A DNA stretch of 64,000 bases, from assembly GCA_035341015.1 (NCBI GenBank), contig DAOQUL010000003.1, positions 10,350 to 74,349 of the forward strand. Direction: 5' to 3'. Made by a program: the position numbers and the translations under genes. This DNA is from Anaerolineales bacterium (GTDB lineage Bacteria > Chloroflexota > Anaerolineae > Anaerolineales > UBA4823). Positions 48,396 to 57,955 of the stretch are shown one piece after another; position 1 is the stretch's first letter; each line of letters opens with the position of its first letter. A model generated the notes under the pieces. The model saw only the letters and a program-made list of their open reading frames with translations, did no database searches and was not told where the DNA came from.

Positions 48396-49042
48396 CGTTC
48401 TGCCTCCGGCAGGTGGGCGGTATCGTTGATGCCCAGCAGAGTCCAGCGGTGTTCGCCGGGGTGGTAGGTGAGGGTGGCAAAAGAGGTGTTTTGGAAGCGG
48501 AAACGCGGCCCGATGAAATTGGCGCTGGGGGTGATGCCCAGGATGGCATACAAGGCCATGTTGAGGATGGCGCCGTGAGAGACCACCAGGTATTGGCCAG
48601 GCGTGTGCTCAAGCAGGCTCTGAATGGCCTGCCCGGCGCGCAGGTAAAGCTCCCATTGGCTTTCGCCGGTCTGGCCGATGGGCTGGTAAAGGTGAATGAA
48701 GGGCGGGCGAGAGGCCCGGGTTTGATCGGGGTGCAGGCCAGAAAGCTGCCCGTTATCGCGCTCCATCCAATTGGAGTCGAGCTCGATTGGCGCGCCCAGG
48801 CCCTGGGCGATGATCTCGGCAGTTTGGCGGGCGCGAGCCAGGGTGCTGGAGATGACCAGGTCAAAGCGGCGGCCTTCTTTTTGCCAGCGCTCTTGCAGCA
48901 AGCGGGCCTGCTCTTGGCCGCGGGGTGAGAGCGGAAAATCAGCCTGGCCCTGGTGCAGGCCCTGGGCATTGCCCACCGACTGCCCGTGGCGCAGGAGGGT
49001 GATGGTATAGCAAGGGGGCGAAGGAGGGGATTGAAACATCAT
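48392..49042 (-). CDS. Histidine phosphatase (phosphoglycerate mutase-like) family protein
   Basis: LLRHGQS.GN catalytic motif and SHG near the C-terminus. I chose the tandem ATGs at 49042/49039 instead of the ORF track start at 49255. Confidence 0.8.
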   Translation of the reverse strand: MMFQSPPSPPCYTITLLRHGQSVGNAQGLHQGQADFPLSPRGQEQARLLQERWQKEGRRFDLVISSTLARARQTAEIIAQGLGAPIELDSNWMERDNGQLSGLHPDQTRASRPPFIHLYQPIGQTGESQWELYLRAGQAIQSLLEHTPGQYLVVSHGAILNMALYAILGITPSANFIGPRFRFQNTSFATLTYHPGEHRWTLLGINDTAHLPEAER

Positions 49043-49089
49043 AGGGGTGATTGTACCGCACAGCCGCCCGGTGCAGCGAGTTGATTCCG

Positions 49090-50417
49090 TTACATTTCGG
49101 GAAGGCGGAGGTCGCGGGCCAGCAAGTCGCCGGCTGTTTCGCGGCGCTGGATGAGGTGGGCGCGGCCGCCTGCCAGCAAAGCACAGCCGGGCGTAGGGCG
49201 CCGTTGTAGTTGGAGCCCAGGGCCAAATGGTAAGCCCCGCTGACGGGCAGGGCAATGAGCTCGCCGGGTTGAACCTGGGGCATGGGCAGGTCTTCGATCA
49301 GCACGTCGCCGCTCTGGCAGTAAGGCCCGGCCAGCCAGGCGGGTCCGCTGGGTGGGCGCAGAGGGTCTTGCACGGGCAGGGCGGTGTAACGGGTGTGGTA
49401 GAGGGCAGGGCGGGGATTATCGGCAATGCCGCCATCTAAGAGCAGCCAGCGGCGCTGGGGGGTGTGCTTGACGGCCCCCAGGCGGTAGACCGCCACGCCG
49501 GCCTGGGCTACCAGGCTGCGGCCCGGTTCAAGCTGCAGGCGCGGCAGGGGCAGGTTTCGCTGTTGGCAGCCCTGTGCCAGGGTTTGGGCGACGAGGGCCA
49601 CGTAAGCGGCGATGGAAGGCTGGGGCAGGTCGTCTTCGTGATAGGGTACGCCCCAACCGCCACCCGGCGAGAGCACAGCCGGATGCCAGCCGGTCTCATC
49701 CTGGCAGGCGGCTGCCAGGTCTAGCGTGACCTGCAAGGCGGTGGCAAGCGGGGCGGGGTCGCGGTACTGCGAGCCGAGGTGGAAATGCAGGCCCTCAAGG
49801 GGCAGGGCCTGCGCCAGGCAAAAGCGCACGGCTTGCAGAGTTTCATCGGGGCTGAGGCCGAACTTGCTGTCGGACCTGGCCGTTTGCGCATAGGCATGAG
49901 TGTCGACGGCCAGGCCGGGGCGCAGGCGCAGCCAGAGGGCAGGCAGGGAGCTGCCCGGAGCGGCTGAGGCAACCAGCGCGGCCAGGCGCTCTAATTCAAG
50001 CAGGTTGTCGACCACGATCACGGCGGCGCGCTGCAAGGCGGCCTGCAAATCGGCCGGGCTCTTGTTGACGCCGTGAACGAGGGTGCGGCGGCGCGCCAAG
50101 GCGGCCTGTTCTGCCAGGTACAGCTCGCTGGTGCCGGTGCAATCCAGCCACAGGCCCTGGTGTTCGACCCATTGGGCCATGGCCAGGCATAAGAAGGCCT
50201 TACCGGCATAGGTGATGGCGCTGGGGCCGGGGTAATGCGCGGCCAGGGTCTGGCGGTAGCTGGCGAGGTGGGTTTTGAGGGTGGCAGCATCAAAGATGTA
50301 GAGGGGCGTGCCGTGGGTTTCGGCCAGGGCTTGCAGAGATAGGCCGGCAACGGCGATTTGGCCGTCTTCTTGGACGGCGGTTGTGACGGGGAAGAGGGCG
50401 AGGCGGTCTTCGAGCAT
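49090..50417 (-). CDS. lysA: Diaminopimelate decarboxylase with an apparent 1-nt frameshift near the 3' end
   Basis: YAGKAF (PLP Lys), HFHLGSQ, GGGWG, EPGRSL, CQSGD and GAYHLALGSNYN. After RPAV the native ending LLAGGRAHLIQRRETAGDLLARDLRLPEM-stop continues in a different frame and ends at 49090. The span is 1328 nt, not a multiple of 3. Confidence 0.75.
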
Positions 50418-50433
50418 GGTATAGGCGATGCTT

Positions 50434-51357
50434 TTAGACGGCAGATTGGCCCCAGCCGCGGGCGCCCTGCAAGAAGGCTTTGCCGGGCTGCGGTTTTTTG
50501 CCCGCTGGTTGGAGCTCATCCAACACGAGCAGACCCTCGGCGGTGCAGAAGGCGGGCAGGCCCTGGTATACGAGGGCTGTGCCGGGCACGGTGCAAGTGT
50601 CTGGGACGGCATGGGCGCGCAGGATCTTGAGGGGCTGATCTTGCCAGGTGGTGAAAGCCCCAGGCCAGGGGTTGAAGGCACGCACGCGGCGGGCCAGGGC
50701 CTGGGCAGGTTGGTTGAAATCCAGCAGGCCGTCGGCCTTGTTGAGCATGGGGGCGTAGGTGGCCTGGGCTTCATCCTGTGCCTGGGGAGCGATTTGCCCG
50801 CTCAGGTAGGGGGGCAGGGTTTCGATGAGCAGTGCCGCGCCCAGGGCGGCCAACTTATCGCTGAGGGTGCCGGCGTTGTCATCGGGCAGGATGGGGAGGG
50901 CGCGCTGGCTGAGCATGGGGCCGGTATCGACGCCGGGATCCATGCGCATGATGGTGACGCCGGTCTCGGGGTCGCCGTTGAGGATGGCAGCCTGGATGGG
51001 GGCGGCGCCGCGCCCGCGCGGCAGGAGGGAGGCGTGGACGTTGACACAGCCGTATTGGGGCAGATCGAGCACAGCTGGGCGCAGGATCTGGCCGAAGGCG
51101 GCGACGATGATCAGGTCAGGAGCCCAGGCCTCCAATTGAGCCAGGGCTTCGGGCTGGCGCAGGCGCTGGGGTTGGATGGTGGGCAAGCCCAATTCATCTG
51201 CCAGCCGTTTGATGGGCGGCGGGGTGAGGGCCCGGCCGCGCCCGGCAGGGCGGTCGGGCTGGGTGACCACACCGACCATGGTGTAGTGCTGTGCCAGGGC
51301 CTGCAAGGTAGGCAGGGCAAAATCGGGCGAACCCATGAAGACGACTTTCAGGCTCAT
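50434..51357 (-). CDS. fmt: Methionyl-tRNA formyltransferase
   Basis: VVFMGSPDFA.P.L, VVTQPD.P.GRG, AFGQIL, N.H.SLLP..RGAAPIQ and PMLNK. Confidence 0.9.
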   Translation of the reverse strand: MSLKVVFMGSPDFALPTLQALAQHYTMVGVVTQPDRPAGRGRALTPPPIKRLADELGLPTIQPQRLRQPEALAQLEAWAPDLIIVAAFGQILRPAVLDLPQYGCVNVHASLLPRGRGAAPIQAAILNGDPETGVTIMRMDPGVDTGPMLSQRALPILPDDNAGTLSDKLAALGAALLIETLPPYLSGQIAPQAQDEAQATYAPMLNKADGLLDFNQPAQALARRVRAFNPWPGAFTTWQDQPLKILRAHAVPDTCTVPGTALVYQGLPAFCTAEGLLVLDELQPAGKKPQPGKAFLQGARGWGQSAV

Positions 51358-52115
51358 GGCTTTATCTCGGCGCGGTGCGCCTGGAGCTTTTCCCAATCTT
51401 CATCTTTAACCAGGGTGATGACGCGGTAGGATTCGGCATAGGTCATGCCCTGGTCTTTGGCGGTATCGGCGGCCCATTCTTTGAGCATGGGGGCGGGGTC
51501 CCAGTCTTTGAGCTGGCTCTTGTGGGCGCGCAGGGCGGCGATCTTGGTCTCGATGGTGTTGGTGATGTCGATGTAGGTGCTGCTGCCTTCCCAGGTGGAG
51601 GCATATACTTTGCGCACTTTGTGGGCTTTGAGACCTTCCTGTTCGAATTCTTGGAAGAGATGGGGCTGCCCGGCGGATGGGAAGACGGCATCGAGGGCGG
51701 CCTGGGCGGCGGCGCGGTGATCGGGATGGTTGATGTAATCGCCGCTGCTCCACAGGGCAATGGGGTCGCCGCACATCACCACCTCGGGGCGGTGCTGGCG
51801 GATGAGGCGCACCAGCTTCTTGCGCAGCTCAAGGGTGGGCTGCAAGAGGCCATCAGGCTCGCGCAAGAAGGCCACTTCGGCGGCGCCGGCGATGCGGGCG
51901 GCCTCGCGCGATTCGGCTTCGCGGATCTGGGTGGCCTTTTCACGCGTCATGCCGGGCTCGTCGATGCCCACGTCGCCGCTGGTGCACAGTGCATAGACGA
52001 TGCGCGCACCGGCCTGGGCCCAAAGGGCCAGGGTGCCGACATTGGTGAATTCTAAGTCATCGGGATGGGCGGCAACCGCCAGAACAGATTGGGGGATGTA
52101 AAGATGATCGGTCAT
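51354..52115 (-). CDS. PIG-L / LmbE-family N-acetylglucosaminyl deacetylase
   Basis: AHPDDLEF motif and the HPDH motif. ATGA overlap with fmt. Confidence 0.8.
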   Translation of the reverse strand: MTDHLYIPQSVLAVAAHPDDLEFTNVGTLALWAQAGARIVYALCTSGDVGIDEPGMTREKATQIREAESREAARIAGAAEVAFLREPDGLLQPTLELRKKLVRLIRQHRPEVVMCGDPIALWSSGDYINHPDHRAAAQAALDAVFPSAGQPHLFQEFEQEGLKAHKVRKVYASTWEGSSTYIDITNTIETKIAALRAHKSQLKDWDPAPMLKEWAADTAKDQGMTYAESYRVITLVKDEDWEKLQAHRAEIKP

Positions 52116-52149
52116 AGGATATGGGAGTGCACCTTCTGTGTAATGTAAA

Positions 52150-52184
52150 CGGCCAGGCGGCTGGTTGCCAGGCCTGGCCGTTTT
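52150..52184 (-). terminator. Stem-loop downstream of tRNA-Leu (possible terminator or processing hairpin)
   Basis: 9-bp GC-rich stem CGGCCAGGC / GCCTGGCCG (52150-52158 and 52172-52180). The U-tract is weak on the minus strand. Confidence 0.35.
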
Positions 52185-52191
52185 GCGGGAG

Positions 52192-52275
52192 TGGGGCGAG
52201 TGGGGGTCGAACCCACACAGTGTCTCCACCGGAGGATTTTAAGTCCTCTGCGTCTGCCTATTCCGCCATCGCCCC
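52192..52275 (-). tRNA. tRNA-Leu (anticodon TAA), type II with long variable arm
   Basis: Acceptor GGGGCGA/TCGCCCC, anticodon arm GAGGA-CTTAAAA-TCCTC, variable arm CGGTGGAGACACTGT, T arm GTGGG-TTCGACC-CCCAC, discriminator A. Confidence 0.9.
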
Positions 52276-52326
52276 TCAGACCCCAATTAAACCACAAATC
52301 TTGAAAATTTGGGGAGCATGTCTTGA

Positions 52327-52911
52327 TTAAGTATTCTTGAAGCCGATCTCCTTATTCTGAACCGTTTCTACCTTTTTATATTTTTCCAGGTAGGCTTGCA
52401 TGGCCTTTTGACTGCCGGTGCGATCGGGGGCGACGGGCGGAAACTCGTCCAGGGGGATGAGCTTAGCGGCACCTTCGTCGCTGCCTTTGGCCTGCCCACC
52501 GGTGATCTGGGCCTCGTAGAGGATTTGTATCATTGGCCCAGGCCAGGTGGTGCGGTTGATGAAGATCCAGCCCAGGCAGTCGACGATCTTGGCTTCAAAG
52601 CCGGTTTCTTCAAGTACCTCTCTGACCGCCGATTCGGCGGGATCTTCTCCATATTCCACCAGCCCGGCGGGCAGGCCGACGCCTTCTTCACCTGGGGGGA
52701 AGATGGCGGCAATGCCCTGGTCGTTCCTGGCGACAACCACCACTGCTACGGCATTCGAGGATAGCTGTATCCAGCCGCAGGCAGGGCAGGTGATGCGGGG
52801 CAGGTTGTCGTCAAAGATGACTTTGCGGATCAGGCGGGCGGCGCACATGGGGCAGAATTGGAAACGCAGCGATGCGATGACGGTTTCGGGATAGGTGAGT
52901 TGCGAAGACAT
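52327..52911 (-). CDS. NUDIX hydrolase with N-terminal zinc ribbon
   Basis: CPMC...CPACG zinc ribbon. Nudix box GLPAGLVEYGEDPAESAVREVLEETG. Confidence 0.8.
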   Translation of the reverse strand: MSSQLTYPETVIASLRFQFCPMCAARLIRKVIFDDNLPRITCPACGWIQLSSNAVAVVVVARNDQGIAAIFPPGEEGVGLPAGLVEYGEDPAESAVREVLEETGFEAKIVDCLGWIFINRTTWPGPMIQILYEAQITGGQAKGSDEGAAKLIPLDEFPPVAPDRTGSQKAMQAYLEKYKKVETVQNKEIGFKNT

Positions 52912-52960
52912 GATTGCTCCTACATTGGGAAGTCGGGTTTGTAGTATGCTCTGGTATCGT

Positions 52961-53623
52961 CTATTCTCTCTTTGTCAGTTTCTTGCTGATCGTGGCGTAC
53001 TTTGAGAACAGGTGCACCCAAGGACCGGATAGACGAGTTTGCGGTTGAGATTGGCCCAGGGCAGCTTTGAGACTGGGGGCATCTTGGAAGGATGGCAGGC
53101 GCAGGGTGGCAGCACCCAGCTCAGAGGCGGTGTGGGCATCCGAGCCGACGGTGCCAAGCAGGTGGTACTGGCGGGCATAGGCGGCGGCGCGGCGGTTGAA
53201 ACGCGGCAGCCAACAGCGGGCGTTGAAGGTCTCGATGGCATCTACCAAGGGGGTGATCTCGAGCAGGGCGGCAGGGCGCCAGTGCCCACCGCGGAAGATA
53301 TCGTAAGGGTGCGAGACGCTGATGAAGGCGCCCTGGGCGCGCAGGCGGGCAATGGTTTCGCCAGGCGTTAGGCCGGCGGGAATCTCTTCTTGGACGAAGG
53401 CGGCAAGCAGTTCGCCCTCGGTGGTCATGATCTCTTCGCCAACGATGACCCGGGTGGGGTCCAGTGCTTTGGCCTGCAGGGCGCCGCGGATGGTGTTGTG
53501 ATCGGTGATGATGACGCGGTCAATGTTTTTTTTGCGGCAGCCAGCCAGCAGGCGTTGGGGGGTGGTGAGAGAATCTTTGGAGACGATGGTGTGGCAGTGG
53601 AATTCGACTTTGAGGAGATTCAT
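52961..53623 (-). CDS. PHP-domain phosphoesterase
   Basis: FHCHT..S.DS N-terminal metal motif, ITDHN, GSDAH. Confidence 0.75.
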   Translation of the reverse strand: MNLLKVEFHCHTIVSKDSLTTPQRLLAGCRKKNIDRVIITDHNTIRGALQAKALDPTRVIVGEEIMTTEGELLAAFVQEEIPAGLTPGETIARLRAQGAFISVSHPYDIFRGGHWRPAALLEITPLVDAIETFNARCWLPRFNRRAAAYARQYHLLGTVGSDAHTASELGAATLRLPSFQDAPSLKAALGQSQPQTRLSGPWVHLFSKYATISKKLTKRE

Positions 53624-53647
53624 TGCGTCTCTGCCGGTGACAAGGGT

Positions 53648-54865
53648 TTATGATTTCTTTTTTCGGGTCAAGATGTATGCCAGGCCGGCGGCCGCGGCAG
53701 CCAGCACCGTCAGGCCAACGGCAGCCTGGGTGACGGTCTTGGGCTGCATGCCGGGCATGGCCACTTGACCATCGCCGTAGTTTTTGAAGAGGCGACCCCA
53801 GGGGGTCTTGAGCGCTTCTTCGACGCGCCGGCGGCCCACGAAAGGATACCAATAGACGTTGTGATAGAAGTTGCTGGCAAAGTAAGACCAGGGTACGAGT
53901 GGGCTTTGCAGGAGGATCTTTTCAAAGGGTTTGAGCGGGCCGTGGTAGATCAACTTCTGGCCGCGGCTGGCAAAGGTATCTTCCTGGACGAAACCCCAGG
54001 GCTGTTCCTGCTCGATATCATAGCCAAGGATCTCGATCTGGCTGGGGTCGCCGATGCCCAGGCCCATCTCGTGCGCCTGGCGGATGAAGCGGATGCCCAG
54101 CGGGTCAAAGCCCTGCAGCCTGGCTGAGACGGCGTCGATGGCGACCTGGTCAGCAGAGGCCAGCAGGATGTTCTTCTCGTGCCAGTGCATGGCGCGCGGG
54201 CCGGCGCCATCGCCGGCAAAGGTGCCATCCATGAGGGCGAAGAGGCCGGGATGGATATCTTGCTGGATCATGAGCAAATCTACCAGGGTATCGTGAATGA
54301 CGGCATGCGTCCAGTGGCGGTTGCGGTGTAAGAGTCCGCCGAAGGCGTTCTTCATGGCACCGGTGATGGTGGTGAAGACATGGGTTTTGACGGTGGGGAG
54401 CTGGATCATGTTCATGCCCACCAGGGTCTTGGGGATGAAGACGCCCTGGGGATACACTTTATCCAATACCAAGAAGGGGCGCTTGGGCTGGTATTCGACC
54501 CATTCAAAATCCTGGTTATAGAGGTAGAGACAGGGCACGGCGTGCTTGTCGGTGACGAAGCGGTGCTTGTTGTTACGCTCGCCGTCGGCTGTATCGACCA
54601 CCACGGTGTCGTTATGTACGCCCACCAGGTCGGTGTAGCCGGCCTTTTTCAAAGCCAGGATAGCGCCTTCGATCTGCCAGGGGGTAGAAGAGCAGGCCGG
54701 GTACCAGGTTTGCCAGGAGATGTTGATCTTCAAGCCGGTGCGCACATTTTTGGGCAGGCTGTTTTCTACGCCTGCCAGGCGCATCACTTTCTCGACATCC
54801 TCCAAGACGGTCTCGGGGGTGGTCTTGAGCACGGCGACTTTGCCTTTGCCGGGGAAATCGGTCAT
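53648..54865 (-). CDS. DUF362-domain protein with C-terminal membrane anchor
   Basis: The N-terminal region (VAVLKT.PETVLEDV..VM.LAG...L......LKINISW) matches DUF362 as I recall it. C-terminal TM segment AAVGLTVLAAAAAGLAYIL followed by KKKS. GGAGG Shine-Dalgarno sequence before ATG 54865. Confidence 0.65.
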   Translation of the reverse strand: MTDFPGKGKVAVLKTTPETVLEDVEKVMRLAGVENSLPKNVRTGLKINISWQTWYPACSSTPWQIEGAILALKKAGYTDLVGVHNDTVVVDTADGERNNKHRFVTDKHAVPCLYLYNQDFEWVEYQPKRPFLVLDKVYPQGVFIPKTLVGMNMIQLPTVKTHVFTTITGAMKNAFGGLLHRNRHWTHAVIHDTLVDLLMIQQDIHPGLFALMDGTFAGDGAGPRAMHWHEKNILLASADQVAIDAVSARLQGFDPLGIRFIRQAHEMGLGIGDPSQIEILGYDIEQEQPWGFVQEDTFASRGQKLIYHGPLKPFEKILLQSPLVPWSYFASNFYHNVYWYPFVGRRRVEEALKTPWGRLFKNYGDGQVAMPGMQPKTVTQAAVGLTVLAAAAAGLAYILTRKKKS

Positions 54866-54984
54866 GTTGGCCTCCGGAGATGGGGGCGGTGCATACAAGG
54901 AACAAGGCACCCCTCCCAATATAGATTTTGCAGACCAATTGTATCAAAATTTGAACCAAAAAGGAGGTTTGGCGGTGCTAATGC

Positions 54985-55023
54985 TTGACAAATCGAAACC
55001 GACAAGTATATACTGAACCTATG
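54985..55023 (+). promoter_or_regulatory. Candidate leaderless promoter of the SPFH-like cluster
   Basis: TTGACA (54985-54990), an 18-nt spacer, TATACT (55009-55014), then 6 nt to ATG (55021-55023). Confidence 0.4.
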
Positions 55024-56700
55024 CCGGATGTTGGATTGTTAGCCACAGAGCCCTGGTATCGCCGCCCGCGTCTTTGGCGTTGGGTGGTCAGTTTGGCGTT
55101 CTTAGGGTTGGCAATCTACTGGTTCCGGTATGAGATTGGCATTGTTCTTCAGTTATTGGGGGATATTGCCCTGAACCGCCCGATCGTGCACGTTTCGGCG
55201 GGGCAGCGCGAAGCGATTGCGATTGTCTTGGTGACCCTGGCGGCGGGGATTGGGTTCTTCTTGCTCAGCCTGTGGTTTGTGGGCCAGTTTGTCTTGCCGG
55301 TGCGCACGGCCGATCAGCGTTGGAAGCTGTTCACCCGCCTGGTGCGCTTTGTGTTCAAGATCCATGGCCCGGCGATCTTCATCAAAGAGGGCGTTCAGAT
55401 CGCCAAAGCAGAAGAGCTGGAACGCAGCCTGCCGGGCGTGGCAATGGTGGACCTGACCAGCGCGGTAGCGCTGGAGAAATCCTGGGTGCCGCTTTCGATT
55501 GGCGGTGCGCCCAGGAGGGGGATCTTGAGGGCAGCCAGCCAGGGGGCAGAAGAGGCCTTGAATTTGCATCGATCGGGCCGCAGCCAGCCAATGGTGCGGG
55601 TGGCAGGGCCGGGAGTGGTGTTCACCGAAATGGGTGAGAAGGTGCGCGGTTCTGCCAGCCTGCGGCGGCATTTTCGGGTTTCGGGCACCGTGACGGCCTC
55701 AACGCGCGATGGTTTCCAGATCCAATCACCTGTCTTTACGCTGTTCACGTTGGGAGATGCCCCCGATAACCATAAGGTCGGTTATTACGGCGGCACCGGC
55801 CCTGAACATTTGAAGGTCACCAAGCTGGGCGACAAGGAAAAAATTATCGAGGATGGTGATTTCCAAGAGGAGTTTGACGAGCAGGACCGGGCTGAGATCC
55901 ACCAATTTGCCAGCCGTTACAGCTCGCAGCCCTTTGAGCCGGTTTGGAGCCCGCCGGAGCCGAAGTTGTCATCGAAACCCCCGTATGTCTTTGATGAGGA
56001 ACGGGTTTTTGGGGCGATCTATTCTCGGGCGCGCACGGCCCAAGAAGACCAGGTTGAGGTGTGGAGCGAGCTGCCTTTGAAGGTGGCCATCGAAATCTTC
56101 CGCGATATGCTGTCGCTGAAGACCTATGCCGAATTGTACGAGCCAGAGAGCGACAATTTCCCATTCTTCAAAGAGTTCAGGCCGACATTTGCCCGGCGGA
56201 TGCGCAACCAGGGTGTATTGACCTTCCAGCTTGTGCGCCGTAAGGATGGACGGCCGTTTGAGAAAGGGATGACCTGGAAACCGAACGAGATCGAAACCTC
56301 TCCTATTCAGAAGCTGCGCACCTCTAAGGTGCTGCGGGACCGCGGGATCAAGGTGTTGGTAGCGGGCTTTCCTGAGCTGACCCCCCTGCACAAGGGGGTG
56401 CGAGAGACCCTGGTGAATCACTGGGGCGCCGCCTGGCAGCGGGATGCGTTGAAGAAAGAGAGCGAGTACGTGCAGTTGGCAGGGCAAGAACGTGCTCATA
56501 TCGTGGCCAGTGCACAGGGAGAAATCATTGACAGCCTGATGGAAGCTTACCGGGCATCTGGCTCGACGCGGGATGCGGTGGTGTGGCAAATTTTCCAGGT
56601 GCTGGATTCGATGGTCTCAGACCCTGAGACGCGGCCGCTGCTGCCGGCTGAGACTTTGGACTTCTTGTGGGATTTACGGCAGTATCTGCTGCCGGAGTGA
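55021..56700 (+). CDS. Hairpin-anchored membrane protein with SPFH/band-7-like cytoplasmic domain (paralog 1 of 4)
   Basis: Two hydrophobic helices, then FVLPVRT (nt 55288-55302), GPGVVF...LRR...TASTRDGFQIQ (TRDG at nt 55702-55713), and later LPLKVAIEIFRDMLS..TYAELYE. I recognise no family beyond this SPFH-like pattern. Confidence 0.6.
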   Translation: MPDVGLLATEPWYRRPRLWRWVVSLAFLGLAIYWFRYEIGIVLQLLGDIALNRPIVHVSAGQREAIAIVLVTLAAGIGFFLLSLWFVGQFVLPVRTADQRWKLFTRLVRFVFKIHGPAIFIKEGVQIAKAEELERSLPGVAMVDLTSAVALEKSWVPLSIGGAPRRGILRAASQGAEEALNLHRSGRSQPMVRVAGPGVVFTEMGEKVRGSASLRRHFRVSGTVTASTRDGFQIQSPVFTLFTLGDAPDNHKVGYYGGTGPEHLKVTKLGDKEKIIEDGDFQEEFDEQDRAEIHQFASRYSSQPFEPVWSPPEPKLSSKPPYVFDEERVFGAIYSRARTAQEDQVEVWSELPLKVAIEIFRDMLSLKTYAELYEPESDNFPFFKEFRPTFARRMRNQGVLTFQLVRRKDGRPFEKGMTWKPNEIETSPIQKLRTSKVLRDRGIKVLVAGFPELTPLHKGVRETLVNHWGAAWQRDALKKESEYVQLAGQERAHIVASAQGEIIDSLMEAYRASGSTRDAVVWQIFQVLDSMVSDPETRPLLPAETLDFLWDLRQYLLPE

Positions 56701-56719
56701 TGAGAAGCGGTGGTGTAGG

Positions 56720-57955
56720 ATGCTGATCTGGCGTTGGGTGCAAAAACAATTCTGGCGTTTTGGGAACTTCATCGAGGGTTTCCTGGTAGGGGATAACGCC
56801 TGGGGTTTACTGCGCCTGATGGTGCTGGGGTTTGTCAGCCTGGCCTTTATGGTGGTGTGCGGGCTGCTCTTTGAGCGCGACCACCTGGTGGGGATGTTGC
56901 GCTACCTGGTGATCCCGGCTGGGGCGTTTGTGGCGGCACTATTGTGGGGGACGTGTTATTTGCAGGATATTAATGAAATGAAACGTTTCTCGCGGGCGCT
57001 GCAGTACATGGTCTCCTCGATGTTTGGCTTGTCGTACCCATACCTGACGATCGACCGGGGCAAAAAACAGGTGCAAGTGGGCGAAGAGAACCTGCTGGAT
57101 ATCATTGGCGGGCCGGGCTGGGTGAACATTCGCCCGGGGAACGTGGTTCTGTTCGAGCAGTTGAATAACCCCTCCAGCGTGCGAGCCGAGGGCATGCACT
57201 TCATCTCGCGATTCGAGACGATCAAAGAGATCGCCAACCTGGAAGACCAGCACGGCTATATCGACCAGATCAAGGCGGTGACCAAAGACGGCGTGGTGGT
57301 GTGGGCGCGCGATATCCACTACCGCTACCGGCTGTGGTCAAACCGTAAGCTGGGTGGTGAGAATATTCGCTCGACGCACGTGCCATATCCTTATTCGGTG
57401 CAGGCGGTGCGCAACATGACGTATTCGCGGGCGGTGCGCAGCGATGGTTTGACAGCCTGGCCGGCGGCAGTACGCATCATCTTCGAAGGCGAGATCCAGA
57501 ATTACATCCGCCAGCATACCATTGACCAGGTGACTGCGCCGCGCACCCCTGATGCCGACCCGCGCGAGGATATTCACCGCATCTACCGCTCGGCCGCGGT
57601 GCGGGCGTCGTTTAAGAATGCGGGCACGCAGCTCTTGTGGTATGGCATTGGCAACCTGGAACCCGAAAACGAGAAGGTGAGCCAACAACGCGTGGACACC
57701 TGGGCGGCGGATTGGAATGGCAAGGCAAGCGTGGTGCGGGCATCGGGCGAGGCGGCCCTGGAAGTGGCGAGAGAAAAGGCGCGCGCCCAGGCCCAGGCCG
57801 AGATCTTGAAGGGGATTGCGAAATCTTTGGGTGATATTACCGCCGCGGGCGCAGATCAAGACCGGAATATCAAAGAAGTCTTTCTGTTCCGGTTGGCGCA
57901 AGTGTTGGAAACGATCAAGGATAACCGGCGAGGCCTGCCCAGCGGTGAACAATGA
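56720..57955 (+). CDS. Hairpin-anchored SPFH/band-7-like membrane protein (paralog 2 of 4; the most canonical SPFH pattern)
   Basis: Two N-terminal hydrophobic helices. EGMHFISRFETIKEIANLEDQ.....IKAVTKDGVVVWARDIHYRYRL (TKDG at nt 57281-57292), and a C-terminal Ala/Glu/Gln-rich helix EAALEVAREKARAQAQAEILKGIA. Confidence 0.65.
   Translation: MLIWRWVQKQFWRFGNFIEGFLVGDNAWGLLRLMVLGFVSLAFMVVCGLLFERDHLVGMLRYLVIPAGAFVAALLWGTCYLQDINEMKRFSRALQYMVSSMFGLSYPYLTIDRGKKQVQVGEENLLDIIGGPGWVNIRPGNVVLFEQLNNPSSVRAEGMHFISRFETIKEIANLEDQHGYIDQIKAVTKDGVVVWARDIHYRYRLWSNRKLGGENIRSTHVPYPYSVQAVRNMTYSRAVRSDGLTAWPAAVRIIFEGEIQNYIRQHTIDQVTAPRTPDADPREDIHRIYRSAAVRASFKNAGTQLLWYGIGNLEPENEKVSQQRVDTWAADWNGKASVVRASGEAALEVAREKARAQAQAEILKGIAKSLGDITAAGADQDRNIKEVFLFRLAQVLETIKDNRRGLPSGEQ

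Noticed and set aside
50428-51429. 333-aa plus-strand ORF, and the 611-aa minus-strand ORF 48939-50774.
   Set aside because: The first is antisense to fmt. The second is lysA plus an upstream out-of-gene extension through fmt and a frameshifted downstream tail. Only 49090-50417 carries decarboxylase motifs.
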